Assembly (NCBI GenBank): GCA_046160675.1
Contig: JBJXHH010000004.1
Span: forward strand, 1-62,351
Direction of reading: 5' to 3'
DNA: 62,351 nucleotides
Source of the DNA: Chitinophagales bacterium
Lineage (GTDB): Bacteria; Bacteroidota; Bacteroidia; Chitinophagales; BACL12
Shown: positions 19,008-28,454 of the stretch, one piece after another
Numbering within the stretch: the stretch's first letter is position 1
Layout: each line of letters begins with the position of its first letter
The notes under the pieces: model-generated
Databases searched by the model: none
The model's input: only the letters and a program-made list of their open reading frames with translations
What the model was told of the DNA's origin: nothing
Translations under genes and position numbers: made by a program

Positions 19008-19015
19008 CAAAGATA
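19008..19015 (-). promoter_or_regulatory. -7 promoter box for tatA-gatA
   Basis: Minus strand TATCTTTG, ending 4 nt before the first tatA ATG (19003). Confidence 0.45.
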
Positions 19016-19045
19016 GGGGAAAGTTGATATTGATGCTTTACGCTC

Positions 19046-21457
19046 TCATATCTCCACTACCACCCCGATATTCGGCGTTCTTACGCCATTAGTATTAGTT
19101 ATGAATTTCGGGATGTATCGGGAAGGATCTTCGGGGTTGATCAAAGGATTGCCGCTTTCATCAGTTTGCACTGAAAGGAAAGATTGTTGTAATGTTTTTG
19201 TATCCAGGATGTTTTGTACATCGCCGTAAAGTGTAAGGGTCCATTTATTGAAAAACCATTTTTTGTCCACCCGCAAATCAAGGTTGAATAATTCTTCTGA
19301 ACGTTCTGATGCAAGTTTGCTGTAATCAAGCTGCCCAGTTTGATTGATGTCCCAAACATAAGTTAACAAGGAGTAGGCAGTGTCAAAAGGTGTGAAAGGT
19401 TGCCCTCCCTGATACCGAATCTTTGCGCCTATCTCCCAATCTCCTTTGAATTTTTTTCCCAGGGTAAGATTGATGATATTTCCGTAATCCCAGGAAGAAG
19501 ATACATACGTTTCTGTTGTATCCTGGAATTCACTTTTCACAAAAGTATAGGTAAACAATCCGTACCAGCCTTTAAATAATTTTTGCTGGTATGAAAGCTC
19601 AGCGCCGTAAGCCCTACCATTCGCTGTGCTTTCCACAGCCTCATTTCCTATAACCCCAAAATCGCCCCCGAGATTTGCAAGCGATACCTGGTTAACAATG
19701 GAAAAAGGATATCGATCATATAATTTATAAAACCCTTCCAGAGAAATTTTGGCGCTGAACCTTGTGTAATAATCCGTGCCGAACACAAGATGTTTTGAAC
19801 GAATAAAAGTAACACCGTTGTTTTTGTTCACCAGTTCGCCCTCCGTATTCCTGTATCCTAAAATAGTATAACCGGGTAATTGAAAATATAACCCGGTGTT
19901 AAAATTCAGGTTCGCATTTTCACTGAGTTTGTAGCTTGCTGAGAACCTCGGCGATAGTTGTTCAATCGGGTTGCTCATTTCCGTTGAATATGTGTTTGCA
20001 TCAGTACGGAGACCAATGCTGAGAGTCAGCGTTTCAGTGAAATATTTTTTTGTGAGCTGAGTGAAAATACTGTACTTCAAAAACTGAAGCCTGCTGCTGA
20101 AATTAACAGTATCAATTCCAAAAGGTGTTGTTATTTTATTGAAGGTGGCGTTTGTGTAAAATGCCTGTTCAAGTCCAACTCCGTACATGTACGAAAAACC
20201 ATTCTGCATGTAGCGATTGTTTTCTGCCCGCAGTTTTATTTCTGTTTCATCACTGTTATATGTAAAAATCTTATTTGCTTCACTACTTTCATCATTGTTC
20301 TCATACTTGGAAGATTCGTTATGCAATTGATTAGCGCTTGCAACAACAGTTAAAAAATCTTTCTCCCTGAAATGTTTCCATACGACACCCCCGGCATTCG
20401 TAGTCTGATCGTTAGAAGGCAAATAGCCTAAAATATATTTTGCATATTCACTGCGTACTGAATCCTTATTATTTACTGCATCCGGGTTAAAAGCAAATCT
20501 GTCAATTGCGCCGAGGAGGAGGATATTCAACTGGTTTTTTTTGTCTGGCTGAATAGAAATTTTCGCTTCATAATCATTGAAGGTTGGCAAAAAGGGCAGG
20601 CCAATTTGTTTGAACAACACCTGCAAATAACTTTGACGAACAGATAACAAGGCACTTGCTTTTGTTCCTAAAGGACCTTCCAGCGAAATACCGGAAGCCG
20701 TATAAGTGAAAGTTCCAGTTCCTCCCCAACGATCAGTTCGCCCGGTTTTGTTTTTCAAAACGAGGACTGAACTCAGCGCATTGCCCAAGTTGGCAGGAAA
20801 TGCGCCGCTATAAAAATCGGCTTCCCTTATAAAATCTACATTCAGCAGCCCCACCGGTCCGCCGGTGCTACCTTGCGTAGCAAAATGATTTATGTTCGGG
20901 ATCTCAATTCCATCTAGGTAGAACCTATTTTCCGCAGGTCCTCCACCCCTTACTAAAATGTCATTTCTATAAGAAAGTGTCCCCGCTACACCCGGCAAGC
21001 TTTGGATCACCTTGGAAATGTCCCTGTTGCTTCCCGGATTGCGCACAATTTCGTTGGAGCCAATTGTTCTGAGGGAAAGCGGGCTTTCATCTGTTCTAAA
21101 AAATTTATCTGTTGCAGTTATGGTCACCTCGCCTAATTCGTTGTCATTTTCAAACAACTGAAAGTCAACAGTTGCCGGCATATTATTGCTCACCATTATT
21201 TCATATTCCACCTCCTGTTTGTACCCGATAATGTTGCAGATGAGGTTATAAGTACCGGGTGGAATATTCCTGATCTCATAAAATCCTTCTTCATTGCTTA
21301 CAGCGCCAAAAGCAGTTTCCTGCAACTGTATTACAGCAAACGGTATATCCTCATTACTCACAGCGTTTGAAACCCTGCCTTTAATAACCCCATTTTGTGA
21401 AAAACTATGCAGGGATAGAAATGTAATAGTGAGACAGAAAAAAAGTTTTTTTAGCAT
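19046..21457 (-). CDS. TonB-dependent outer-membrane receptor with N-terminal carboxypeptidase-regulatory-like domain
   Basis: Signal peptide. CarboxypepD_reg-like GVIKGRV...GFYEIRNIPPGTYNL, a plug-like region (SLPGV...VRGG...YLDGI), and a long beta-barrel-type C-terminal region. Confidence 0.8.
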   Translation of the reverse strand: MLKKLFFCLTITFLSLHSFSQNGVIKGRVSNAVSNEDIPFAVIQLQETAFGAVSNEEGFYEIRNIPPGTYNLICNIIGYKQEVEYEIMVSNNMPATVDFQLFENDNELGEVTITATDKFFRTDESPLSLRTIGSNEIVRNPGSNRDISKVIQSLPGVAGTLSYRNDILVRGGGPAENRFYLDGIEIPNINHFATQGSTGGPVGLLNVDFIREADFYSGAFPANLGNALSSVLVLKNKTGRTDRWGGTGTFTYTASGISLEGPLGTKASALLSVRQSYLQVLFKQIGLPFLPTFNDYEAKISIQPDKKNQLNILLLGAIDRFAFNPDAVNNKDSVRSEYAKYILGYLPSNDQTTNAGGVVWKHFREKDFLTVVASANQLHNESSKYENNDESSEANKIFTYNSDETEIKLRAENNRYMQNGFSYMYGVGLEQAFYTNATFNKITTPFGIDTVNFSSRLQFLKYSIFTQLTKKYFTETLTLSIGLRTDANTYSTEMSNPIEQLSPRFSASYKLSENANLNFNTGLYFQLPGYTILGYRNTEGELVNKNNGVTFIRSKHLVFGTDYYTRFSAKISLEGFYKLYDRYPFSIVNQVSLANLGGDFGVIGNEAVESTANGRAYGAELSYQQKLFKGWYGLFTYTFVKSEFQDTTETYVSSSWDYGNIINLTLGKKFKGDWEIGAKIRYQGGQPFTPFDTAYSLLTYVWDINQTGQLDYSKLASERSEELFNLDLRVDKKWFFNKWTLTLYGDVQNILDTKTLQQSFLSVQTDESGNPLINPEDPSRYIPKFITNTNGVRTPNIGVVVEI

Positions 21458-21464
21458 GGCGGCG

Positions 21465-21472
21465 CAAAGGTA
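21465..21472 (-). promoter_or_regulatory. -7 promoter box for the TonB-dependent receptor gene
   Basis: Minus strand TACCTTTG, ending 7 nt before ATG 21457. Confidence 0.45.
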
Positions 21473-21498
21473 TATGAGCTGTTAAGATGTACAAACAT

Positions 21499-21522
21499 CC
21501 GGCTGAAATATTTGTTCAGCGG
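21499..21522 (-). terminator. possible terminator hairpin downstream of the M23 peptidase gene
   Basis: CCGGCTGAA...TTCAGCGG: 6-bp perfect stem plus a bulged extension, 4 nt after the stop. The T-tail is weak. Confidence 0.35.
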
Positions 21523-21526
21523 TGAT

Positions 21527-22972
21527 CTATTTAGATACCCACCCGGCCGGGTCGAGTATAACGGTTCCTTTCCAGATTTCAAGGTGAACCTCAGTTTGTC
21601 CTTCTTCGGCGTTAGTGTAAGCCGTGCCTATCTTTTGTTTGGTGGAGACTTTATCGCCTGCTTCCACAGTAACATTTTGAAGCTGCGTATACACCGTATA
21701 ATAATTTCCGTGTTTGATTATAACCCCTTTTTGAAAAGAGGGATTGAAAATGACATTCACTACCTCTCCTTCAAAAATACTACGCACACTTGCACCTTCT
21801 GCTGTTGCGATATCAATACCATTGTTCTCCACCATCACTCCCGCAAGCACAGGGTGTTCATGTGTCCCGAATCTTTCAGTAATACTCCCCCGCTCCACCG
21901 GCCAAGGCAGTTTGCCTTTGTTTCCCTCAAAATTTTTTGACGCCAGCTGGGCTTCCGGAGTCAGGTTTGGGTTTGGTTTTTCGGGTACGGTCTTTTTTTC
22001 AGAAGTTGTGGTTTCGGCTTTTTTCTCTTTTGTAGTTTCTTTCTTTGTTTCCGTTGTTGTTTTTTTCTCTGCTGCTTTTTTCTCTGCAAGCGCCTTTTCT
22101 TCGGCTTCTTTTTTCTTCTTCGCTTCTGCCTCTGCTTTTTCTTTTTCCTTTTTTATTTCTTCTGCAATAATATTCTGAATTTTCTTGTTGACGTCTTTTG
22201 CATCTTTTTTCTTTTTTTCGATCTGCGCAGCAAGTTCTTTTTCTTTTCCCTGTAGGTTTTTCAAGGTAACATCTTTCTCTGATTTTTCTTCAGTGAGTTT
22301 ATTTTTCTGTTCCTGTTCCTTCCCCAGTAAACTTTCTTTTTCTTCTTTATCGCCAGCAAGAGAGCTTATTTTTTTCTGCAACTCCTCCTGCGTTGTCACA
22401 ATGGTTTCCAATTGCTCTTTTCGGTAACTTGTATATGAGCGCACATACTCAATCTCATGTATCACATCGCTTAAACTCTCAGAAGCAAGTACAAAGTGTA
22501 TGGGCTGATAATCACTTTCATTCACATATGCATAATAGATCATGCGGGCGTATTCATCCTTCAGTTTTTCAAGTTTTCCCTCCATCAAGTTAATTTCTTT
22601 TTGCGCATCCTGCATTTCTTTTTGCACGGTGTTCATTTGCTGGGCGAGTGTTTGTATCATTTCCTCCCGCACATCAATTTTTCGTTTCAGGAGTTTTACT
22701 TCATTTAAGGAATTTTGTTTTTTATTTTTCGTATCCTTTAATAAATCTTCTGTGTCTTTGATCTCGTCCTGCAGTTTTTCATATTTATTCTGTAAAGATT
22801 TTTTATCTGTTTGTGCATAGGAATCTATTTGAGGGGTAAACAACACAGAAATAAAGATGATGATTGCCGGACTGATATTACTAACTGCAAATGCATAGGT
22901 ACGCAGGCTTCTGTATAAACGGAAGGCCCGACAAGTCAGGTGTGCAAAGAAATCAGTCAAGAACTTTCTCAT
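21527..22972 (-). CDS. M23 family metallopeptidase / murein hydrolase activator (EnvC-like) with coiled coil and K/E-rich linker
   Basis: C-terminal M23 domain (NNGIDIATAEGASVRSIFEGEV...IIKHGNYYTVYTQL...GDKVSTKQKIG...EVHLEIWKG). N-terminal coiled coil. K/E/A/T-rich stretch at about 21965-22162. Confidence 0.85.
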   Translation of the reverse strand: MRKFLTDFFAHLTCRAFRLYRSLRTYAFAVSNISPAIIIFISVLFTPQIDSYAQTDKKSLQNKYEKLQDEIKDTEDLLKDTKNKKQNSLNEVKLLKRKIDVREEMIQTLAQQMNTVQKEMQDAQKEINLMEGKLEKLKDEYARMIYYAYVNESDYQPIHFVLASESLSDVIHEIEYVRSYTSYRKEQLETIVTTQEELQKKISSLAGDKEEKESLLGKEQEQKNKLTEEKSEKDVTLKNLQGKEKELAAQIEKKKKDAKDVNKKIQNIIAEEIKKEKEKAEAEAKKKKEAEEKALAEKKAAEKKTTTETKKETTKEKKAETTTSEKKTVPEKPNPNLTPEAQLASKNFEGNKGKLPWPVERGSITERFGTHEHPVLAGVMVENNGIDIATAEGASVRSIFEGEVVNVIFNPSFQKGVIIKHGNYYTVYTQLQNVTVEAGDKVSTKQKIGTAYTNAEEGQTEVHLEIWKGTVILDPAGWVSK

Positions 22973-23738
22973 ACTTTGGATTCACAGAAAACGTAAAGCC
23001 CGGAGGTTCGTTTAAAGTTACGTCTGTGAATTCCATGCTTACTGCATACTTTTCAACAGCTTCAATCAAGATTGTCCGCAAAAAAGAAAAATGCTGTGCC
23101 TCTTTATCTTTTGCACCCTTGATTTTCTGATATTGATCATAGGTAAGCAACATCGTTCTCCTGTTTTGCATGTCTTCCACAAACATTTGCATCACATCAA
23201 ACGATGGATATAATTTTATAGTATTTTTCAGTGTGGCATTTTGTGTTTGAATTGCATAACAAGTGTCGCAGGCAAGGGGGTATTTTGTCCCGGTATAATA
23301 CACTAAATCACCCACCAGCAGATTTTGAAGGGTTTGAAAATCTGCTTGCACAGAAAATATTTTCTCCAGGTAACTGAAATCCCTCGGATAATATTTCTGG
23401 TTAATGCGGTCAATAATTTTTATCGAATCAGGGGTGATGTAGATCTTGGCGCCTTCGATTCCAAGCATCCTTAGCGAAATCCCGATGTATTTATCTTTTT
23501 CGGCTTCAATATTTGCATTTACGCTTTGGCTTTTTTCATCATCTGTTACATCAATTTTTGCTTTTGCTAAAAACGTAGTGAACCGGAATTCATCTGCATG
23601 CAGCCTTGCATCCAAGGTATCCATGTTAAGGTTTTCAATTTTACCCCCTGTATTATTTTTAGATGTATTACAACTGAAGAAAGTAGTTGCAATAATCAAT
23701 AAAGCAGGCAGAAGGTTACTCATATAATTTTCCTTCAT
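22953..23738 (-). CDS. DUF4292-type (LolB-like) lipoprotein
   Basis: Lipobox (ATTFFSC). Sequence FLAKAKIDV...ISLRMLGIEGAKIYITPDSIKIIDRINQKYY...FQTLQNLLVGD matches my memory of DUF4292. Alternative start at 23723 (8-nt overlap with the TPR gene). Confidence 0.7.
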   Translation of the reverse strand: MKENYMSNLLPALLIIATTFFSCNTSKNNTGGKIENLNMDTLDARLHADEFRFTTFLAKAKIDVTDDEKSQSVNANIEAEKDKYIGISLRMLGIEGAKIYITPDSIKIIDRINQKYYPRDFSYLEKIFSVQADFQTLQNLLVGDLVYYTGTKYPLACDTCYAIQTQNATLKNTIKLYPSFDVMQMFVEDMQNRRTMLLTYDQYQKIKGAKDKEAQHFSFLRTILIEAVEKYAVSMEFTDVTLNEPPGFTFSVNPKYEKVLD

Positions 23739-25524
23739 CTATTTTTCTGTCAAGGAGTTCAGAACCCGTGCCAAGTTGTTTCGCTTTCTTCCAATTTTCC
23801 AAAGCAGAATTTACATCCCCCAATTGGTACAGCACATCGCCGTAGTGTTCCAGGATCACCTCACTTTTATCCCCACCATTTTTCAATGCTTTTTCAATCC
23901 ATTGTTTAGCTTCTTTATATTTTTCTTGTTGATAGAGAACCCATGCATATGTATCTAATAAAGACGAATTATTGGGTACAAGTTCATTAGCAAGTTTTGC
24001 CATTTCAGCAGCACGGTCAAGCTTTTCTTTGCGCAGGGAAAGGTGATAAGCGTAATTATTTAGTGTATACGGGTTTTTCGGGTTTAGCTGCAAACTGGAT
24101 TCATAGGCAGCATCGCTTTCAGCATATTTTTTCAACTCATTATAAGAATCTCCCAAACGGAGATATATATCGGCCTTAAGTTGTGTGTTTGAAGATGCGA
24201 TAGGCAGCGCCCTTTTTAATACCTGTATCGCATCTTCATACATGTTTCTGTTAATATATGACAGGCCATTGAAATAATATCCCATGGGTTGATTAGGAAA
24301 AATTTCCATACTTTGTTCCGTTACCGTTTGCAGAGAATCATTTTGTTTTAAGTCTGCATCAATGTAAAAAATTTTCAGCCATACATCATACACATCCTCT
24401 CTGATTGTAAGCGATTGACGGTAATTTTTTCTTGCTTCCTGTAATTGTTGGGCATAGTATAGAAAGTCTCCCCGCATTGCAAAGGATTTTGCGTCAGCCG
24501 GATGTGTTTCTGTAAGGATTTGTGTAAGGTTGAATATGAAATCTTTTTGCACGAAATTTTTTTCGGTAATAGAATCAACAAAGGGGACGAGGAAAAATAT
24601 CTTCTTATCAATATTGATTGAAGGAATTGCAAACATGTCTTTCATGGTTTGATAGTACCCTGTAAAATTTCCTTTTGCTTTTTCCATCTCAGCTTTACTT
24701 AGCAGCAGGTCCGGATTATCGGGGTCAAGGGTTAGGAGTATGGCATATGTTTCTTCTGCCTGTGAAGAGTTTTTGGCAATCTCATACACATCTCCTATCA
24801 TATTGTAATAAGAAGGGTTATCGGGATTTTGTAAAATGAGTTTTTGCAAATTGCTCAAGGCATTGTTTACATCGCCTGCCTTTACATATAATCGCTGTAG
24901 TTCAACCAACACTCCTTCATCATCTCCAAATTGTTTTTGCGCATCCTGCAAAACTGAAATTGACTTTTTTATATCCCCTATCCTTTCAAACACATAAGAA
25001 AGCTGGTAGTAATTGTCGATTTTTTGCGGGTAGTTTTTTTTGAGTTGTTCAAGGATTTTAACAGCTTCGGGAAATTGCTGGCCATAGGTTAAGATGTCAG
25101 CCAGCAGAAGCTGATAATACTCATTTTCTCCGTCACTGTTAATTGCAGCATTGGCAAGTTCTTTCGCATCATCAATTCTACCATACCCGAAATAGATGCG
25201 GCTGAGTTCGAATAATGCGGGCGCATTTTCCGGGTCTACCTTTAAAATTTCTTTGAATAACACAATAGCGCCTTCATAATCCTCTAAAGCCTTTGCTTTA
25301 CAGGCGTCAATATAAGTACGCTCAATATATAGGGTATCATTTTGCGGGGTTACTCCTGAAGTCACTTCACCCACCCTTATCTCATCTGCCAAGGGGAATG
25401 GACTGTTGTTTTGTGTTTGCTGTTGTGTTTTACACGAGAAGAAAAAAAAAGTTACTGTAAAACAGGAAAATATATATTTCCAATAAAGCCGGGAAATGCA
25501 CCGTGTGTTAAATTTTGATTTCAT
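23716..25524 (-). CDS. tetratricopeptide repeat (TPR) lipoprotein
   Basis: Lipobox FFFFSC. Many 34-aa TPR-like units (A..Y..G......A...F..AL..DP.N). Confidence 0.85.
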   Translation of the reverse strand: MKSKFNTRCISRLYWKYIFSCFTVTFFFFSCKTQQQTQNNSPFPLADEIRVGEVTSGVTPQNDTLYIERTYIDACKAKALEDYEGAIVLFKEILKVDPENAPALFELSRIYFGYGRIDDAKELANAAINSDGENEYYQLLLADILTYGQQFPEAVKILEQLKKNYPQKIDNYYQLSYVFERIGDIKKSISVLQDAQKQFGDDEGVLVELQRLYVKAGDVNNALSNLQKLILQNPDNPSYYNMIGDVYEIAKNSSQAEETYAILLTLDPDNPDLLLSKAEMEKAKGNFTGYYQTMKDMFAIPSINIDKKIFFLVPFVDSITEKNFVQKDFIFNLTQILTETHPADAKSFAMRGDFLYYAQQLQEARKNYRQSLTIREDVYDVWLKIFYIDADLKQNDSLQTVTEQSMEIFPNQPMGYYFNGLSYINRNMYEDAIQVLKRALPIASSNTQLKADIYLRLGDSYNELKKYAESDAAYESSLQLNPKNPYTLNNYAYHLSLRKEKLDRAAEMAKLANELVPNNSSLLDTYAWVLYQQEKYKEAKQWIEKALKNGGDKSEVILEHYGDVLYQLGDVNSALENWKKAKQLGTGSELLDRKIDEGKLYE

Positions 25525-25529
25525 TCTAT

Positions 25530-26537
25530 CTAATTAATTTCGGCAACAAAGTCACCGATGCTCAGATCATCTGCTTTTCCCTTCAGGCTTACGTTACTGC
25601 CAATCATAGAATTGGTGATAATTCTGTCTACAATAGTGGTGTATGTTTGAATGATACTGTTACTCACTACACTGTTTCGTATAACAGAATTTTTGCCAAC
25701 AGATACATGTGGACCAACAACACTGTTCTCTATCACTACATTTTCACCTACATAACAGGGATGAATCAATTGTGAATTTTTAATAACTGCTGAAGCTGCA
25801 ACCAGTTTTTCTTTTTCTTGCTTCAACTCCAATACCCTCTGGTTTGTGTAAACAGTTGAATCTTTATTTCCGCAATCCAGCCATTCATCCACTTTTCCGG
25901 GAACAAACTTATGCCCGTTCCTTCTCATGGCGTCCAGTGCATTTGTGAGTTGATATTCGCCTTTATCCTTAATTTCATTATCAAGCAGGTATTGCATTTC
26001 TTTTCTTAATGTATCTCCATCTTTGATATAATATACACCAATGATGGCGAGGTCACTTACAAAGTGATTTGGTTTTTCAACAAAGTTCTCAATATGCCCG
26101 TCACTGTGTAATTGTACAACGCCAAAATTTTTCCAGTCATCTACTTTGTTCACCCAGATCACTCCGTCTTTTTCTTTATCAATCTTAAAATCCGTTTTAA
26201 ATAACGTATCAGCAAAGGCAATAATTATATGCCCGCTTACAGTATTTCCTGCACAAAGTATTGCATGCGCTGTGCCAAGTGGCTGATCCTGGTAACAAAT
26301 TTTTCCCTTCGCACCAAGGCTTTCTGCAATTGTTATTAATCCATCTTCCACCTCTTTTCCAAACCTTCCAACAACAAAAGCTATTTCCTCGATTTTCTCA
26401 TCTGTGGTTTGTGCAATGTCCTCTACAAGCCTTTGTACAATTGGTTTTCCGGCAATTGGTATCAGGGGTTTTGGAACTGTAAGAGTGTGCGGACGCATGC
26501 GTTTTCCCATGCCCGCCATAGGTATAATGATCTTCAT
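25530..26537 (-). CDS. sugar-phosphate nucleotidyltransferase with C-terminal left-handed beta-helix
   Basis: N-terminal MKIIIPMAGMGKRMRPHTLTVPKPLIPIAGKPIV (NTP_transferase G-x-G-x-R signature). Hexapeptide-like repeats near the C-terminus (VIENSVVGPHVSVGKNSVIRNSVVSNSII). Confidence 0.8.
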   Translation of the reverse strand: MKIIIPMAGMGKRMRPHTLTVPKPLIPIAGKPIVQRLVEDIAQTTDEKIEEIAFVVGRFGKEVEDGLITIAESLGAKGKICYQDQPLGTAHAILCAGNTVSGHIIIAFADTLFKTDFKIDKEKDGVIWVNKVDDWKNFGVVQLHSDGHIENFVEKPNHFVSDLAIIGVYYIKDGDTLRKEMQYLLDNEIKDKGEYQLTNALDAMRRNGHKFVPGKVDEWLDCGNKDSTVYTNQRVLELKQEKEKLVAASAVIKNSQLIHPCYVGENVVIENSVVGPHVSVGKNSVIRNSVVSNSIIQTYTTIVDRIITNSMIGSNVSLKGKADDLSIGDFVAEIN

Positions 26538-26565
26538 ATTCTTTGATTCACTTGAAATTAAAACG

Positions 26566-26586
26566 CTGCAAAGATAAGAGTTGCAG
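26566..26586 (-). terminator. possible hairpin downstream of dut
   Basis: CTGCAA-N9-TTGCAG, followed on the minus strand by CGTTTTAATTT. Overlaps the -7 box of the next gene. Confidence 0.3.
26569..26576 (-). promoter_or_regulatory. -7 promoter box for the nucleotidyltransferase-TPR-DUF4292-M23 operon
   Basis: Minus strand TATCTTTG, about 31 nt upstream of ATG 26537. Confidence 0.45.
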
Positions 26587-26654
26587 ACGGGTTCGGAGGT
26601 TGCCGGTTGTAACGGAGATTATTTGGTTTTAAATAAAATTAACGGGTATGATAT

Positions 26655-27089
26655 TCAAACTCCTGTACTTCCAAAACCTCCGTCATTCCGGTTTGTTTCA
26701 GAAAGTAGTTGAACGTTCTCCCAGTTTATGTTTTCATGTTTTGCTATGACCATCTGTGCAATCTTATCGCCATTGTTTATCATAAATGGTTTGTCTGACA
26801 GGTTAATCGCTATCACTTTTATTTCGCCCCTATAATCGGCATCAATAGTTCCGGGTGAATTGAGCATGGTGATGCCGCTGTTTATTGCTAGCCCGCTGCG
26901 GGGACGGATTTGCGCTTCAAAACCTTCTGGAAGTTCTATATATATACCCGTAGGGATAAGTTTTCTTTCGAGAGGTTTCAGAACTATTGATGCTGTTAGA
27001 TGCACCCGCAGATCCATCCCTGCTGAATACTTTGTTGCATAAGACGGGTTAGGGTTGGAAGAAGTGTTAATGATCTTTATTGTTTGCAT
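26655..27089 (-). CDS. dut: dUTP diphosphatase
   Basis: dUTPase motifs [33 protein letters not shown]. Length is 144 aa. Confidence 0.95.
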   Translation of the reverse strand: MQTIKIINTSSNPNPSYATKYSAGMDLRVHLTASIVLKPLERKLIPTGIYIELPEGFEAQIRPRSGLAINSGITMLNSPGTIDADYRGEIKVIAINLSDKPFMINNGDKIAQMVIAKHENINWENVQLLSETNRNDGGFGSTGV

Positions 27090-27093
27090 GAGG

Positions 27094-27101
27094 CAAATCT
27101 A
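27094..27101 (-). promoter_or_regulatory. -7 promoter box for dut
   Basis: Minus strand TAGATTTG, ending 4 nt before ATG 27089. Confidence 0.45.
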
Positions 27102-27140
27102 TAAGATATTCTCCGTGTGTTTAGCTGCTGAAATTACTTC

Positions 27141-27148
27141 TATTTTTG
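27141..27148 (+). promoter_or_regulatory. -7 promoter box for the amidohydrolase gene
   Basis: TATTTTTG, ending 4 nt before ATG 27153. Confidence 0.45.
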
Positions 27149-27152
27149 CCCC

Positions 27153-28331
27153 ATGCGCCGTATTGCTGCAGATCTCATTTTCCCAATCAGTTCAAAACCG
27201 CTTAGAGATAAAGTATTATTGCTGAGTGATGAGGGACAAGTAATTAGCATAAAAGAAAAAAGTGAATTCACGGAAGGTGAGTTGGAAACATACGCCGGGG
27301 CATTAGTGCCTGGATTTGTAAATGTACATTGCCACCTTGAACTTTCTCATCTCAAAAATACTTTTCCGGAAAAAACAGGGTTGCCTGAATTTCTGATGCA
27401 GGTTACAAAACACCAGGGGGCAGACATTGCAGAAAAACAAATTGCCATGGAAAAAGCGGATGAAGAGATGTACAGAAATGGCATTGTTGCCGTGGGCGAT
27501 ATTTCAAACTCAACAGATTCATTTGCAATTAAAGCAAGAAAAAATATCTACTATCATACATTTGCCGAGCTACTTTCACTTAACCCCAACAAGGTTTTTG
27601 AGGCTATACAGAAAGGTGAAAAATTACTGGCTAGCGCCAGGGGCTTCGGCATACATGCTTCGCTGGCCCCGCATGCACCTTATTCTTTAAGCGTTGAATT
27701 ACTGAAAATAATTAGCAGCCATTGTTATGAGAACGGTAAGCCTACCACTATTCATATGTTGGAAAGCAACGATGAAAATGAATTTTACATGCAGGGCAGC
27801 GGATTAATAAGAAAATTGTATCGAGAATTAAATATTCCTATTGATGATTTTTTTTCGCCGACTAAAAAAACTTCCCTAGAAAGTTTGCTACCCTTTATGA
27901 ACAGGAATGTAAAAACAATGCTTGTGCATAATACGATAGCAACCGCATGGGATGCAGAGTGGGCGGAAGACATGCACCCGAATTTGTACTGGTGTTTTTG
28001 TCCAAATGCAAACCTGTACATTGAAGATCGTTTGCCGGACATCCCCCAACTTCTGCAGCAAGTACAATATATCACCATCGGAACGGACAGCCTTGCAAGC
28101 AATCACCAACTTTCTGTATTAGAGGAATTAAAAACCATTCAAAATCGTTTTCCGGAAATTCGAACAGAAGATATGATGCGCTGGGCCACTCTCTATGGCG
28201 CAAAATTCCTTGGGATTGATGAACGCTTTGGAAGTTTTGAAGTGGGAAAGTTTCCGGGGGTAACTCTCATAGAAGGTATTGATCTTAATACATTGAACAT
28301 TTCTGCTGCTAAACCCCGTCGTATCATTTAG
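27153..28331 (+). CDS. amidohydrolase superfamily protein (nucleoside/chlorohydrolase-type deaminase-like)
   Basis: Metal-ligand motifs VNVHCHLELS (HxH), TIHMLES, LVHN, GTDS. Confidence 0.8.
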   Translation: MRRIAADLIFPISSKPLRDKVLLLSDEGQVISIKEKSEFTEGELETYAGALVPGFVNVHCHLELSHLKNTFPEKTGLPEFLMQVTKHQGADIAEKQIAMEKADEEMYRNGIVAVGDISNSTDSFAIKARKNIYYHTFAELLSLNPNKVFEAIQKGEKLLASARGFGIHASLAPHAPYSLSVELLKIISSHCYENGKPTTIHMLESNDENEFYMQGSGLIRKLYRELNIPIDDFFSPTKKTSLESLLPFMNRNVKTMLVHNTIATAWDAEWAEDMHPNLYWCFCPNANLYIEDRLPDIPQLLQQVQYITIGTDSLASNHQLSVLEELKTIQNRFPEIRTEDMMRWATLYGAKFLGIDERFGSFEVGKFPGVTLIEGIDLNTLNISAAKPRRII

Positions 28332-28454
28332 CCATTCATCGGCTAAAATCTCCTGTTCATCCAAAAATATTTTTCCGTTAGAAACGATCAATACATTTTT
28401 GTTAGCCGGAGTTTATAGTATGACCCAAAAAAAGAAGTGTTAAAAATTAAAAAA

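Noticed and set aside
21744-22820. A series of plus-strand ORFs (144, 80, 66, 70 and 92 aa) rich in F/S/C, antisense to the M23 peptidase gene.
   Set aside because: They mirror the GAA/AAA-rich K/E coiled-coil and linker coding sequence. They are low complexity, have no start context or promoter box, and lie fully inside a well-supported gene.
25442-25450. An A9/T9 homopolymer in the signal-peptide codons of the TPR lipoprotein, considered as a possible slipped-strand phase-variation switch. A similar A9 tract is in hutU at 38006-38014.
   Set aside because: Comparable homopolymers occur in housekeeping genes and terminators across the window, consistent with AT-rich composition. No population data are available to show length variation.
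28128-28391. A minus-strand 87-aa ORF spanning the 3' end of the amidohydrolase gene.
   Set aside because: It overlaps a well-supported gene for most of its length, and it has no motifs or promoter box.
28332-28454. The longest non-coding stretch in the window, examined for a riboswitch, sRNA or small ORF.
   Set aside because: I recognised no conserved riboswitch core and no stable extended structure. Only a 7-codon ORF is present. The region is best explained as a promoter/operator region for the TetR-efflux operon.
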